Shown: in pieces, positions 13,914-29,225 of the stretch
Position numbering within the stretch: position 1 is the first letter of the stretch
How the letters are laid out: every line of letters starts with the position of its first letter
From: Octopus sinensis
Lineage: Eukaryota
Direction: 5' to 3'
Length of the DNA: 64,000 nucleotides
Assembly: GCF_006345805.1 (NCBI RefSeq)
Contig: NC_043008.1
Location: 45,880,001-45,944,000 of the forward strand
The notes under the pieces: generated by a model
Databases searched by the model: none
What the model was told of the DNA's origin: nothing
What the model saw: only the letters and a program-made list of their open reading frames with translations
Program-made: the position numbers and the translations under genes

Positions 13914-15870
13914 GTATACATATATTAATACTTTACGAAGATTAAACACCAGTTTTACACAGCTGCTTTTTTAAAACTTGGAAATGTTTTTCAAATCTGC
14001 CAATCAATATATTACAGAAGGATGTAAATCATTGGAATGAATCACATTATGAAGCTAAAAACTGTAAAATATGAAAATATTTTGCATTCTTTTTTTTTTA
14101 ACATGACTCACTTATTATGATTGTGACTGTTTCTACTTTTATAACCGCTCACTTGACGGCTATTTGACGCCTTTATCCCCTGGAGACACCACAGAATTCA
14201 GTAGTTCATTTATTTTCTGATTCAATTTTATTATCCCATCATACAATATTGCATTATTTTTGATACCTTCTTCACCATTTTTCTTTTGATAAGAATATTC
14301 TGCACTTCATGTCTAAATACAACCGCTGCCATTGTATTGCTATTTCGCAATCATTTTCCCAGAATACTTTATTATATAATTTGAATGGAAATATCATTGC
14401 TATTATAAACTTTCCACAAATTACTGAAATGAATGCAGTTGCCATTGGATATAAATGTATCGTTAGAAATTTCTAAGAGCTGTATCATTCACTTCCTTAC
14501 TGACAAAGCAAACAGTGAAGAAGGGTAAGAGATGCAACTCAAAATCATTTAGCAAATAAATTGAAGGAGAAACACGAATGGTATATTAATAGAATCAACG
14601 GTCAATGTCAATAGTAACAAACTGAAAATTGTAACATAATTTACGGGATTTTTAAACCTTATTGTTTCTTTTCTTTTTGTGTGTTTTTTTTTCGACGCAA
14701 ACCAGAAAAGACATTAGAAATTATTCACCACATTCTGAATCTAATTTCATCATAGGAATATCATTTCTAAATTGAAGTATGTTTGTGAAACCAGCAAAAA
14801 CTTTGCAATGGCGTCAAAGTCGTTCTATTCACAAATGGACTGCCCTTGGACTTCTTTAGCTCAACATTTACTTACTATTTAATAACAATTGTCGAAAATT
14901 AACTTCGATCCAAAATAGATGAACAGAATGATTTGAAAATATCAACCAAATGTCTATAACTTGTGCGATTAATAGGCTGAATGTTTAAGATATTATATAT
15001 TCTTTATGTCAGTGGTATAATTGTGGTGTAGATCCATCCAGCTTCGACTTAGCTCACTGGGGTTTGCACATTGGAAGCTGGTTTCGTGACTTGGTGAAAC
15101 ATACAGAAACACCATGTGATAAATCGTGCTAAGTTCATGCTTATTTTCACCAAGATATTAGAAGATATCTTCAGACAAAAGGCGGGCTCACCCTACAATA
15201 GTTTGACAAGGTGTGGTCGAATATTGATAAGTAAATAAACAATGATATAATATTTAACTATCAGTGATGGTGGCAATATTAATACTAAAATGTATTCACC
15301 GAATACTGCGTTATTAGCCTTGAGATATCCTCTCAATTAAGCTCTTGGTGCTTTAAAGCACGCACATAGATCGTAGCAGACAATAATCACTTGCGTCTGC
15401 ACCGGAAATTCTCATATGACGTTATGTTATTCTTCCGGAAACCATCAGTGTGGAACGTCGGTCAACACATGTCACTCAAGTCTCGCTGCTACGATTTATG
15501 GAATATTAGAATTTTTTTCAGACACTGATGTCGCAAATAGCCAAAGAGATTATTTCTACAGACAGAAGCAGTATTCTTGCGAAAACGAATTCTTTATCCA
15601 AGACAGCAAGCGCCTCAAAGCCAATAACGAGCTGTTTGGCTCTTACAAGACATCCATGTTAAGCTGGCTATAGAGAAATGATATAATTTAAAAACAAATT
15701 GAAGTTAGCGTGTATCTAAGAAACTAATTCACTTGAGACATCAGGCTGGTAAAGTTTTTATTTTCTACCAGATTAATATGGGAAATTTGCCTATTTGTCT
15801 TAGTAGTAAACAAACGTTCAAAATCTGGCAACTTTTGTGTTTCGCTACAGTCGTGCATCTCAATGAATGC

Positions 15871-15934
<64 letters not shown>

Positions 15935-16022
15935 CTTCTCTTACTTGAAAAATTTTATAAGATTTCTAAACGATGAACTTTTATTTTATTTACATGATAT
16001 ATTATATGTTTTTTATATGCTT

Positions 16023-17296
<1,274 letters not shown>

Positions 17297-17297
17297 A

Positions 17298-17511
17298 ATC
17301 GCCATGTTGATTCGTTAGCTACTGCACGCATTTTTTTTCTCTCCTTCTTTCTGTGTTTTTCTCTCTCTGTGTATCTTTCTGTTGAAGAGCGTAGGCTCGA
17401 AACGTTAAAGACTTGTTTTATTTATATTTCCTGAGCGCCATACTAATACAATTGTTCGTTTGTTTTCCACCTGCCTTCGTCTTTTGTTTATTTTCATAAA
17501 GCTTCCCGTTA
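17298..17511 (+). mobile_element. Inverted partial pLTR of the same PLE insertion
   Basis: Inverted copy of 16150-16362, followed by (TA)n; classic Penelope inverted 5' end. Confidence 0.9.
17374..17411 (+). ncRNA. Minimal hammerhead-like motif (A6U variant); also at 16250-16287 (-) and 48519-48556 (+)
   Basis: TCTTT-CTGTTGA-A-GAGC-GTAG-GCTC-GAAA-CGTT-AAAGA. Confidence 0.6.
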
Positions 17512-17904
17512 TATATATATATATTTTATATATTTTTATATACCTATATATTTTTATATATTACTTTATATTATATTTTTACTTTTTAGATGTTGTAATG
17601 TTTTTTTTTTAAAAATGTATTTTTCTGAATCGCTAAATTATTAACTCTAAACCGTGATGAACTTTTTTCTCGCACTTTATTATATGCTTGTATGCTTGTA
17701 CAGATGAATTACGTTCCATCTTGCGGGATGTTTAAATGTATATTCTATGATTAAATGCTCGAATTATGAAATGTTATGCGGATGACCTTGCATTTGTTTA
17801 TTCTTTAACCTTAGTTTGATATATTTGTCTCTTTCAATAGAGCACTTCTATAGCGGTCCTATTAATCTTTTTGTTCCTGACAAGAAACAATCACTGTATT
17901 ATTG

Positions 17905-17938
<34 letters not shown>

Positions 17939-17939
17939 T

Positions 17940-18058
17940 ACAAAAGAGATACCCGAAGAATAGGATATCTGACACGCTAGAAAGAGCAGTTAAAATTCCA
18001 AGCCACCACTACTGTTTCTAGCGAGTCAGATATCCTATTCTTCGGGTATCTCTTTTGT
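17940..18058. repeat. 44-bp-arm palindrome in a short element between (TA)n tracts
   Basis: Arms 17940-17983 and 18015-18058 with one mismatch; unique tail to ~18185. Confidence 0.85.
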
Positions 18059-18175
18059 GTTTGAACGTATACTGTATTCTTCTTTGAATAATATATAGTC
18101 TATTGACTAATTTTTTTTTCTCGCTAGACCACTGGTAACTAAGAATTTTTCTATGAATATTCTTGCTATCCTAAG

Positions 18176-18218
<43 letters not shown>

Positions 18219-18767
18219 TATGTATATATATATAACTTGTAAGAGTTATTGGGGTCAGTGAGACCCAAAGGTGTCAGGTAATACTGAATAAGTGCTATGG
18301 ATAGACCATAGTTAAGCTCCAGGTTAGGTGATTATGCGAATAAGGAGTCCAACGTAGTTCATATATCAGCGTGTGTATATATATATATTTTTTCCTTAAT
18401 GAGATAAAAATAAGAAACGAAATAGTGAGGTGGGAGAATGTAAATAGATGTCAGATATGCAGGGATATTGCTTTTGTAGATCCATTATTTAGACGGATTT
18501 GTATACATATAAGATTACAATACCTTATGAGTAAATTCCAATGGTATTTAAAATTGGTTATTCCAAGTATAGAGTTTATACACAGTGTTATTAAATAAAA
18601 CCCTTGATTCAATAGCACCGTGTATACACTCTGTGTTTATGCTCTATACAACGTGTCTGTACTAAGTGTCTATGTCCCATACAATTTTAAATACAACTGG
18701 ATTTTCCTCATAAGGTAATGGAATCTTATATGTATACAATCTTATATGTATCTTATATGTATATATT

Positions 18768-19000
18768 AAGGTGGCGAGCTGGCAGAAACGTTAGCACGCC
18801 GGGCGAAATGCGTAGCCACATTTCATCTGGTGTTACGATCTGGGTTCAAATTCCGCCGAGGTCGACTTTGCCTTTCATCCTTTAGGGGTCGATAAATTAA
18901 GTACCAGTTACGCACTGGGGTCGATATAATCGACTTAATCCGTCTGTCTATCCTTGTTTGTCCCCTCTATGTTTAGCCCCTTGAGGGCAATAAAAGAATA
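18768..19000 (+). mobile_element. tRNA-derived SINE (family A), near full length
   Basis: GGTGGCGAGCTGGCAGAAACGTTAGCACGC head, B box GGTTCAAATTCC, core GCCTTTCATCCTTTAGGGGTCGATAAATTAAGTACCAG. Confidence 0.85.
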
Positions 19001-19250
19001 GCAATCTTTTATATATATGATTCTGCCTAAACAATGAATCTACGTATACAATATCCCTGCATATCTCACGTCTATTTTCATTCCTCCACCTCACTCTCTA
19101 CTTCGTATCTTATCTAAATTGACTATTGCTAAACCATCTTCTTAAACCGTCTGCGATGAAGGAATATAAAAAAAAAGCTGTAAGACCTTCTATTTATAAA
19201 TGTTATAAAATCTACAACGCCTCGGCTTTTCTTTTTATCTCATTACGGAA

Positions 19251-19300
<50 letters not shown>

Positions 19301-19304
<4 letters not shown>

Positions 19305-19484
19305 GGAATTTACAAAAGCACAAACAAAACAAAAGACAAAGTAAACGACAAAAAGATGTATTAGTTGACGCTCGGGAAGGGAAGTGAGAAAATGTTTTAC
19401 GTTTCGAGCCTACGCTCTTCGACAGAAATAAACAGAGAGAGAAAATAAAAAAGGTCTCGTGGCTAGCGATCAATCATGGTGAAT
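19301..19484 (-). mobile_element. Solo PLE pLTR (Neptune-related subfamily) with hammerhead-like motif
   Basis: Minus strand CTGTCGA-A-GAGCGTAGGCTC-GAAA-CGTA at 19425-19398; between (TA)n tracts. Confidence 0.75.
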
Positions 19485-20289
19485 GATATATATATATATA
19501 TGTGTGTGTGTGTGTATGTGTTTTTGTATGTATATGTTTGTATACATACATACATACATGCTCACATGCAAACATACGGGCCAACGAAAGATCACACACA
19601 TACACACGCGCATATGTATATTTAGGGAGAGTGAGAGAGAGAGAGAGAGAGACCGGGAGAGTGAGGGATAGAATGAGAGTGTGAAACGCGGAAGTAGAGC
19701 TATTAGGATAGAAAAAAATGCATTCCTGTTAACGAATGCGCTGCAATACTGTTCCGTAGATTCATTTCGGAGCACGTGTTTCGGCATTGCAAGAAAGATC
19801 AGTGGGCGAAGTTTATACATCATCTTCAGCCGCAAATGAAATATTAACTACAACATCTGCCTGGCAGTAAGAAGTACAACGTTCTGTATGAAGAGATAGA
19901 GAGAGTGAGAGAGTGCACATAACTCTCTCAGAGATACAATTTGTTGTACAATAGGAAACATTTAGATGAAGATTGGTGCACAACACCTGCTGTATGGCAC
20001 TGTCATTAAATTATTGCATACTTATTATTGCACACACACTCTCACACACACTCACACACATACATGTATGTGTGTGTATGAATGAATATTTATACATATA
20101 TATATATATGCATACACACACTTTCATAGATATATGCGCGTATATATATATACACATACACGCAAATGTATATAACATATAGACACAAACACTCAATGAG
20201 AATACATATGGATCAAAAATAGTGACACGTAACTAAAAGTTCGATCTCTGTAGTACGTCCCAAACTCCGTTAACGTCCAAAATTCGTTA

Positions 20290-20351
<62 letters not shown>

Positions 20352-20890
20352 TTGTGAGATAGAAACAAAAAATGCATATAAACATAGAAGTATTTAAATA
20401 GTTACAGAATAGATTTGCGTGGAGTAGAAAAGACGCAGAAAGCTGAGGGGGAGAGCATGATATTGCAGGCCCGGCGGCGGCTGCTCTGGGTGCTCGCAAT
20501 TACATAATAGTTGGAATGTTGACAGAGTGTGCCGATTCGAAGAATATATAAACATTACCGTAAATCTGGTATCGCTCATCATGGAGGAAAGATTGACAGC
20601 TAAGGTTTGAGAGCATAAGAAGGAAGGTGTAAGGGTAGAACTCTTAACGTTTTTGAAAGTCATGAGATTTTATTAATTACATATTTACTGGACATGTGTA
20701 TGAATAACATAATGACCAGTAACGGCCATGATCAAGCACGGATCATCAGCCAATACACACGTGCGTGCTAGCATACACGTCACACACAATCATATATATA
20801 TATATATATCAAATAGATAAGTTGATAGATAAATAGATGAATAGATAGATAGATAGATAGACAGACAGGCAGACAGACAGACAGACAGAC

Positions 20891-20995
<105 letters not shown>

Positions 20996-21958
20996 TGTAA
21001 GCATATGTGATACAGAGTGAATATAAATATTTTGTGGATATCTGCATATGCATGCCTGTCTGTATATATGCAAAGAAATGCGTATAGTAAACCACATTTT
21101 CAATTCTTAATGCGTTTATTATCCGATATTTCATTATGTACATTATGCAAAGTAACACTATATACATTATATTCAATATACAGGCATCCTCAACTACTCT
21201 GAGTTTCTATGTGACTGGAGAAAAGATAATCATTTCTTAAACTTTCTCCTCATCATTTATATCGAAATTGTCTTTTCTATGTAAAAAAAAACAACAACAA
21301 CAAAAAACAGTAATGATTATTTGCAAAGATTTAATATGAAGCAGCGAAGTGTTTAATATAATTTGAAATACCAAATCATATTTAGTTGCTTTTTTTTTAA
21401 CCTATAATATTGCTCCTCTGAAACAACGCGAAGCTAACAATGTTCTCATTCCCTGAGTATTCAACGACTCAGCACTATACAAGCCAACGCTCATATTTTT
21501 TTATCACTTCCTACACATAAATATATAGAAATCATTTTATGGATTCTCGTATAAGTCTTCTCAGAATCTATTGCTCTAATCTATGACGTAATTCACGACC
21601 ACGTGTACACCATTGCAGACACAGATATCAGCTTCCAAAACAGGTGCGTATCTATACTACGATGCCTATGTGGGTGTCTGTGAGCACACACACAACTTCC
21701 ATATTTGTGCATAGAGGCGAATACGTAGAACGTGTATAGACAGAATTGAATATTTCTTTAATACACGCAGTCGAATGTCAGTAAATATAATTTATTTGTG
21801 CTTTGGGATACCATCGTGTAGGCGTGTAAATTGCATACATATATACATATATAATTGTAAAATCTCCCAAGACAAATATATATTCCATACATCTGCATCC
21901 CTCTCTCTTTTTCTATCTTTTTTCTTTTTCTCTCTTTCTTTCTATCTGTGTGTGTGTG

Positions 21959-22183
21959 TGTGCTTGTATCTGATAGAAATCTAATAAGTATAATAAAATA
22001 TGCAGACATATGCATATACAGCATATTGTAGTAATGTGCATATCATACTGGATAAGTGTGTGTCTATGTATGTATGTATGTATGTATGTATGTATCCAGT
22101 GTGATATGCACATTACAATATGCTGTATATGCATCTGTGTGTATTCTATTACACTTATTAGAATTCTATCAGATAGAAGCACA
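21959..22183. repeat. ~93-bp-arm fold-back with (TATG)n loop (MITE-like)
   Basis: Arms 21959-22054 and 22093-22183. Confidence 0.8.
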
Positions 22184-22243
22184 ACCCTCATATATATATA
22201 TATATAATTATATATGTGTGTGTGTGTATGATATTATTATTAT

Positions 22244-22281
<38 letters not shown>

Positions 22282-23416
22282 ATAATAGCAGTAATAACAA
22301 GTACGTAAGTAGAAGTGGTAGCAGAAGTATTTACAAGAGCGATACAAGGGAATACCAATGCTGACTACGTGGGCAAATAGGTGACGTTGTCGGTGATATT
22401 CTGCAAAATATCTTCCAAAGCTAACTAGTCATAACTGTTGTATATAATATATTCATTTCTTTTTATTATCGTTCGAAAATATATTTTAGAATCTATTTTA
22501 CCATGTGTTGGTTTTTCACCTTCACTGAAGGTACGAAAGCATTGGTGACGTACATGCACACCCTCACACACACACACACACACGAACGTACGCGCACACA
22601 CAAACACACACACACAAACACAGACACAAACGCATGCACACACACACACAAACACACGCATACACACACATTGTCATTTATATATGTATAATCATATCAC
22701 CTATCTGGGGCTTCGGTAATGTAAGGAATAACTTCCTTCAGGAGTTCTTTCATCTTCATCCATCTCGATGGAAACTTATTCCGAGTCTCGGGTGAGTGCC
22801 CCTATGATCCCCAACGATTTACCCCTTACGGTAATGAAATATTACTTTCCATGGTGCTAAACATTCCGTTCTTTATTCCCTTTTATTTCAAAGTTTAATT
22901 TCGAAATTGAAGTGTAGGCTGATATTTCGCTCAACGAACATAACTGTCGCATGTAGATATTTCAGACTTCTTTTAAACAAGCTTGCAGGCTTATAGAAGA
23001 TTAAGAATCGAGGCACTCATGGTAAAATAGAAAAAGTACCACAAGCCTTTATTTCAAAAATAAATGTCGAAGAGAGAAGCAAATCTTTATAAATATTTAT
23101 CGAAAATTTACATTTAAAGTCTAAAGTATCACTTTCTTGACTTCAAGGGTAAGTTCAGTAATTTAACAAATAGTCAACTTTAATTTAGCAAATAGTCAAC
23201 TTTAATTTAGTAAATTCATAGTCTTAATTCATAGTCCTTCACATCGAAATCTAAGTTGAAGGATCAGTAATAAACAAGCAAAGAATGTGCACAGAAGATT
23301 CCAAGCCTTGCAGTGATGTATCACTGCCTGATAATAAGAAGCTTTTTTCTTAGCAATGCACTTGTATCCTGTTTTCTTTTCAGGTTCTTTTTTTTAGTTG
23401 TGTTCTGAAATAACAG

Positions 23417-23475
23417 TACAGTAATCCCTCGCCATATCGCGGTTCAGCTATCACGGTTCACATATCACGTTTTAT
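23417..23475 (+). mobile_element. pogo/Tigger-like terminal fragment
   Basis: TA-CAGTAATCCCTCG followed by reiterated TATC(G/A)CGGTTCA. Confidence 0.5.
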
Positions 23476-23489
23476 TATTACTTTTATTA

Positions 23490-24430
23490 GAGTGAAGTTT
23501 TTCTGTCTTTCATGTTTTTCAACAAGGCTTAGCATCCAATCGTTGGTTGCTTCAAGGTATTTGGCCAGTCCGATTGTGATGGTTTTGTATGTAAGTCCAA
23601 GCTGGATCAAACCTCGACCTTCCTAAGCTCTGGGATGATAAAGACGATCCACGTCTGCCTTTGGATGGTGCATCTTATTACAAGTCAGCAGCTTGCGGAT
23701 TTTTCTGTCAATTTTCATTATTTCACTGGTATTCCAGTTAAGTACATTGAAGCTATAATGAACAACTGGTACTGCTAAGGAATTTATGGCTAACACCTTA
23801 TTATATGCATTCAGCTCTGACTTCAGGACTGCTCGAACACTTCTATAACATTTCTTCTTAACCTTCTCTTTCATGCTTGCATGCTGGATACCAGAGCCTT
23901 CATTTATTCCTAGGTATTTATAGGTTTGTTCCTGCTCAAGTTCCTTTACTACTGTTTCGACATCTAATTCGATTGAACTTGACTTTACCAATTTTCCTTT
24001 CTTAAAATAGAGGTTAATTCTGCATCTGTAAGTCTGGTATTTCTCTTCTAACATTTGCTAATCTGTTTTCATCCAGGTTTGGACTGCTAGCTGGATTCCA
24101 GCTACTCCAAATTCTGTAGGAGTTTGTGGTGTGTTTCTCTTGGGTTGGCCTACTTAATGCAAAGTAATAAGCATATATTACTTCTTAATATTCTTCCTGG
24201 TTCCATTTAGTTCTTTTACATTTTTTGATTTTCTGGTCGTTGTGGAGGTGAACTTCGTGGGCTTAATTTGGGACAAATCCCGTTTAAGTGACCTTCCAAG
24301 TTCGTATTCGGGGAAGATATTCTGCCATTTGAAAATGTTTCGCCATCAGGCTTGCAGCCTCCTGACGGCGCGCTTCCTGAATAACCGTTGGACAAGCGAT
24401 TCGGTGTACTGTTTGAGATTTTCTTTTCAA
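23490..24430 (-). mobile_element. R4/Dong-type LINE, internally deleted (N-terminus fused to RT thumb region)
   Basis: RTKWNQEEY.EVIYAYY N-terminal motif near 24215-24170, then TYKYLGINE, AINSLAVPVVHYSF, HHPKADVDRLY, GRGLIQ. Confidence 0.85.
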
Positions 24431-24489
24431 GTAAAGTTAAATTATTATTAATCACTAATCTTCATACAAGTGTCTCATTTATCCTCATT

Positions 24490-24577
24490 AGCAGCAACAG
24501 CACCAGTAGTTGTAGTAGCAGCAGCAATATCAATATCAGCAGTAGCAGCGGCAGTGATAATAACAATAGTAATGGCG

Positions 24578-24608
<31 letters not shown>

Positions 24609-24612
24609 TAGC

Positions 24613-24656
<44 letters not shown>

Positions 24657-24729
24657 CAGCAGCAGCGGTGGTAGCAATAGTAGTAGCAGCAACAGCAGCA
24701 GTATTAGTAGCAGCAGCAGCAGCAGTAGC

Positions 24730-24824
<95 letters not shown>

Positions 24825-24856
24825 CATTGTTGTTGTTGTTATTATTATTATTATTC
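24490..24856. repeat. Compound (AGC)n/(AGT)n/(ATT)n/(GTT)n microsatellite
   Basis: Directly visible; explains the poly-S/L/V/T ORFs. Confidence 0.95.
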
Positions 24857-24858
24857 AT

Positions 24859-25073
24859 GTCACTGCCTGGAATCGAACTCGGAATCTTATCCAAGCAGTG
24901 ACCTAAATGATAATAATAATAACATTGAAAAATACCTTAGGAATGAGAACCCAGGTTCGAAATCTCCCCAAGACACCTGAAGAAAGCTGGAGGGTATATC
25001 AGTTGAAACGTTGTGTTAGCAACAAACATGATGAGGACAAATATCCGCCAAATGTAAATAATGTAAAAATAAT
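24859..25073 (+). mobile_element. Short element with tRNA-type B box and minimal hammerhead
   Basis: Inverted GTCACTGCCTGGA/TCCAAGCAGTGAC (24859-24902), B box GAGTTCGATTCC on minus at 24869-24880, hammerhead at 24972-25017. Confidence 0.65.
24972..25017 (+). ncRNA. Type I minimal hammerhead ribozyme
   Basis: GACAC-CTGAAGA-A-AGCTGG-agggtata-TCAGTT-GAAA-CGTT-GTGTT; stems I and II pair and stem III is palindromic AACGTT. Confidence 0.7.
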
Positions 25074-25239
25074 CTAAGGGTATTATGATATTATCCTATA
25101 ATTACTATACATCAAATAAACCGACCTGTCAACATCTTCTATTCTAAACTGAATGGCATGGCTTAACAGTACTTTGAAGATACCCTACTAATCATGGCCT
25201 GTAGACTAGTTTACTGAATGCAGTCAGGTCGTGAAGACA

Positions 25240-25800
25240 ATTGAGAAGCTCGCTATGCAGTAAAATGTTTTTGTATTAAACTAAACAAATATGCTACAGA
25301 ATCCTATGAAATGATCCCGACTGCTCATGAGTTAACGTCTGCTTTTCGCTGGCACAAGAGTTTCAAGGACAGTAGCGAGGCTATAAGAGACGACGAAATG
25401 TACGCTACAACATCAGAGTTGGTTGAGAATAATCGCAATTGTCTTGAAGACATTTGAGTGCTCTAGAAAATAAAAACAATGTTTGGAGCCGGTGTGGTAA
25501 CGATACACAAAATTATTTGAGATGATCCAAACGTGCAGAATATTTGTGGAAAATTTGTTCCCAGTGTGCTCAGTGAGAAACGGAAGGAAAGACTCACCTG
25601 TGACAGCAGAACAATGGATGAGCTCATTACCTTCAGTGCGTGAGTCACTGGTGGACTGTGACGAAAGCGAACCTACTGTTATCTTCTAGAAACGAAGAGT
25701 ACCCAATGGGAGCACCCTAGCTCTCCCAGATCCAACACGGTCAGGTAAAGCAATTCCACCCGTAAGCTCATGGTCATTCCCGTTTTTTGACGGAAGTGAC
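25240..25800 (+). mobile_element. Decayed mariner/Tc1 transposase fragment
   Basis: FRWHKSFKD, GKFVPSVLS, DES, QWEHPSSPR, RKLMVIPFFDG across frames. Confidence 0.7.
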
Positions 25801-27169
25801 TGGAGCATTAAAGTGAAAAGATCCTAGCTTGAAGGAAATTAGTTTTACCTCTTTAATAAATGTCTCTCCTGAAAAATTCTAAAATCTTCTGGAATGCATC
25901 TTGTAAGTCATTGATATCTTGATTCGCAAAGATGAAGCCGACATCGATCCAAACATATTTAAAGATTAGTGTAAATTAACAAATCCTTACAGACAAACAA
26001 GGTTAATTCCGTATCTATCATCCCTTCACTTTTAAATGTAATACTATCATTCAGGTTGATGTATTGTATTTATCGTCCAGATTACACAAAAGAACATAAA
26101 TTCATTATGACCCACATAATTAATTTTTTCCATTTATTTAACTTATCGGATTTTTATACAAATTGTAAATTTAGTAAAAGTACTGCATTTCTTATTTTCT
26201 CCATAAAACAGATGAATTCTAATAGCAATGAACAATAACGATAATCTGATGAATAAAAAATGAATTGAAATCTTTTATTTCGAAAGATCTAAAATGAAAA
26301 GTCAGCGACGATTTATGTGTTTCAATGATTCAGCGAGATATCGAGATTGTATTGAGATTGCTATTTTCATTCACTATAAAAGTACATTAGTATTAAAAAA
26401 GAAGAGAAACTACTTTGTAACTCTGCTGGCCATTGCCAATAAACACTGAAACATCTTTTTTCACCGATTTCAATAATGAGGCAAATATTGTCAGCAATTC
26501 TATGGCACGTACGTTAAATCAAATATTCTGATTTGTTGATAGTGGATTTTTACTTAAAGCACAGTCTTTGAGAAACTACAAAGGAATGAATAGAAGTCGA
26601 TGATCAAAGAAGTATATATTGAATAAATTCGCTTTTATCAATATATTACGACTGAATAGATGCATGTGTGTATGATGAACATTCGAAAAGGTACTTCACT
26701 ATATATTAATATATGCATACATATTTTTATGCACAGAAATACAAAAATATATTTATTGTTTATGGCTTGAGCCGAAGCATCGCTGTTTCGTTTACTTCGC
26801 CATAACCTGGTCATAAGATCCACGTCCCAAATGACTTAACCATCCAGTCGTCCAAGGTTCCAGAGTTAAATTTTGTGAAAGCAAACCGTGAGCAACACCA
26901 TTCAAAAGACCGCTGATATTCATTGGTGGCTCAAGGTATTCCATCGCCTGGTTGAACACTGCCAACTATTCCTTTACTGTCTTTTTATTTTACTGACTCT
27001 GCATCGCTGAAAATATTTGAGTCATCTCACAGACTGACTGTAAAGTTCTACTACCGTACTCTGAGTCCATAAATCATAAACGATGTAGGATACTGACTTT
27101 CGCATCATGTGGTGTGTTGGTTTTGTGTGTGTGTGTGTGTTCCTGTGCGTGTACTGATGATGAGATACT

Positions 27170-28840
27170 TAATACAGAAGATGCTAGAAAGTGCTGAAGT
27201 AATATTCGTGATAAGCCAGTCAATCATAATGGAGAAACACTATGGTTAAAGAAAGTGAGGGAAAAAGTAGTGAGTGAGAAGCAACCAGATCTAAGACTAA
27301 CTAGTGCTTTAATGAGTATAGGAAAATGCCGAGTTTGAAGGGCCCGGGATCAGATCAGTTCAAGGATACTGGCTAAAGAAATTTAGTAGTTTACATGGGA
27401 GGTTTGAAGGGACTACTTCAAGAATGCTTTAATGGAGGAATAATACCAGATTCGATGATTAGGGGGACAAAATACTCCTTATGAAAGATAAAAGGTAAGG
27501 ATAATACAGCTAGCAATTATAAATCAATCACTTGCTTACCATTTGTGTAGAAGCTGTTAACAGGAATGCTTTCAGACAGCATTTACCAAAACCTTGACAA
27601 CCAGAATTTACTTCCAGATGAACAGAAAGGTCGTAGGAAGAAGGCTAGAGGAGCGTATGATCTATTACATACAGTCAAAGCAGTTCTAAATGAAGTAAAG
27701 CTAGAAAGAAAAAATCTAACAATAGCATGGATAGATTATAGGAAAGCCTATGACATGATCCCACACTCATGGATAAGTGAATGTTTGTATATATGCAGTA
27801 TAGCAGACAACACAAGAGAATTAATTAGCTTTAGCATGAAGAATTGGTAACTAGATCTCCACTCAGATGACACTCTTAGGGAAAGTTAATATCAAAATAA
27901 GAATTTTCCAGGGGACTGGTTCTTCTCTTTCATATTTGTCTTGTGTTTGATCCCACTCGGTTTGGTATTAAGGAAAGCAAATGCAGGGTTGTAGTTCAGA
28001 AATAGTAAGAGGGTAATTACCCATTTGCTCTACATAGATGATCTGAAGCTTTTTAGTAAGAATGAAAAAGAGGTAGATTCCTTAATGCAAACTGTACGAC
28101 TCTACAGCAAAGATATAAGAGAGAAACCAGAAAAAATAACAAAATTTATCTCACTGGCAGGAGAACGCTTTGTATGGTAGATTCCTAAATATAGTTTCAG
28201 CAAATAGTTGTAGTGAGATACGGTTATGGTTGCAGAAAGGAAGGCTGAATAGGTTGACTAAAAGTTTGTTAGCAGCAGCCCAAGATAAAACGTTGACGAC
28301 TAATTGGATAAAGACCAAGATAGACAAAGACCAAACAGATTCCCTGTGAGGGTTATGCAAAACAAAAGAGGAAAGTGTTACTCCTAGAGTGAGTGAATGC
28401 AGCATTCTGGCTCAGAAAGAATACAAAACAAGGCATGACAACATAAGGAGAGTGATCTGTTGGCAGTTATGCGGAAAGTTAGGATTAGATCATACTGTTA
28501 TATGGTACGAACACGAAACTAGTAGAGTACTAGAAAGTAAGAAATATAAAATGTTGTGGGACTTTAACATTCAGACTGACAGAGTAATAGAAGCTAGAAG
28601 GCCTGATTTAGTAGTAGTAGATATAGAGAATCGAAAGTGCCAGAAAAATGACTTTACAGTCCCAAATAATGAAGAAATTAATTTAAGTATGAAAAAAATA
28701 GCAAAGTACCAGGACCTACCTATTGAATTATAGAAACTATGGAAAGTGCGGGTAAAATGTATCCCATTAGTTAAAGGTGCATTTGGGAACTATCCCTAAA
28801 TGTCTGAACAGATGTATAGAGGAAGTAGGCATAAAACCCA
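27170..28840 (+). mobile_element. R4/Dong-type LINE fragment (RT plus REL endonuclease, internal deletion)
   Basis: EQKG, WIDYRKAYDMIPH, HLLYIDDLKL, AAAQD, KTRHDN, WDFNIQTDRVIEARRPDLV, KYQDL. Confidence 0.9.
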
Positions 28841-29038
28841 GGCAAATACATAACGAAAACACCAGGACTTACAAAGATATATAAAATACAGAAAATTGCA
28901 CTACTGGGCACTGCACACACCCTACTTAAAACACTTTCAATACAATAACCATAAGAGCATCACAGCAAACCACAGCTCATACCCACGGCACACAGAGCTG
29001 CACTCGGTAGTGAAGTGAAAGCACGTTATAAAATTAAA

Positions 29039-29111
<73 letters not shown>

Positions 29112-29130
29112 GTACTACTACTACTACTAT
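28841..29130 (+). mobile_element. 3' end of a second Dong-like family with (TAC)n tail
   Basis: IQKIALLGTAHTL..TLS-stop, short UTR, then (TAC)n at 29041-29128. Confidence 0.75.
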
Positions 29131-29186
29131 TAATAATAATAGCAATAATAATAATAATAATAATGATAATAATAATAATAATAATA

Positions 29187-29221
<35 letters not shown>

Positions 29222-29225
29222 GTAA

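Noticed and set aside
18235-18720. Possible second Naiad-like 3' end on the minus strand
   Set aside because: Only faint similarity (HLFTFSHL, GTTGGACT); not supportable
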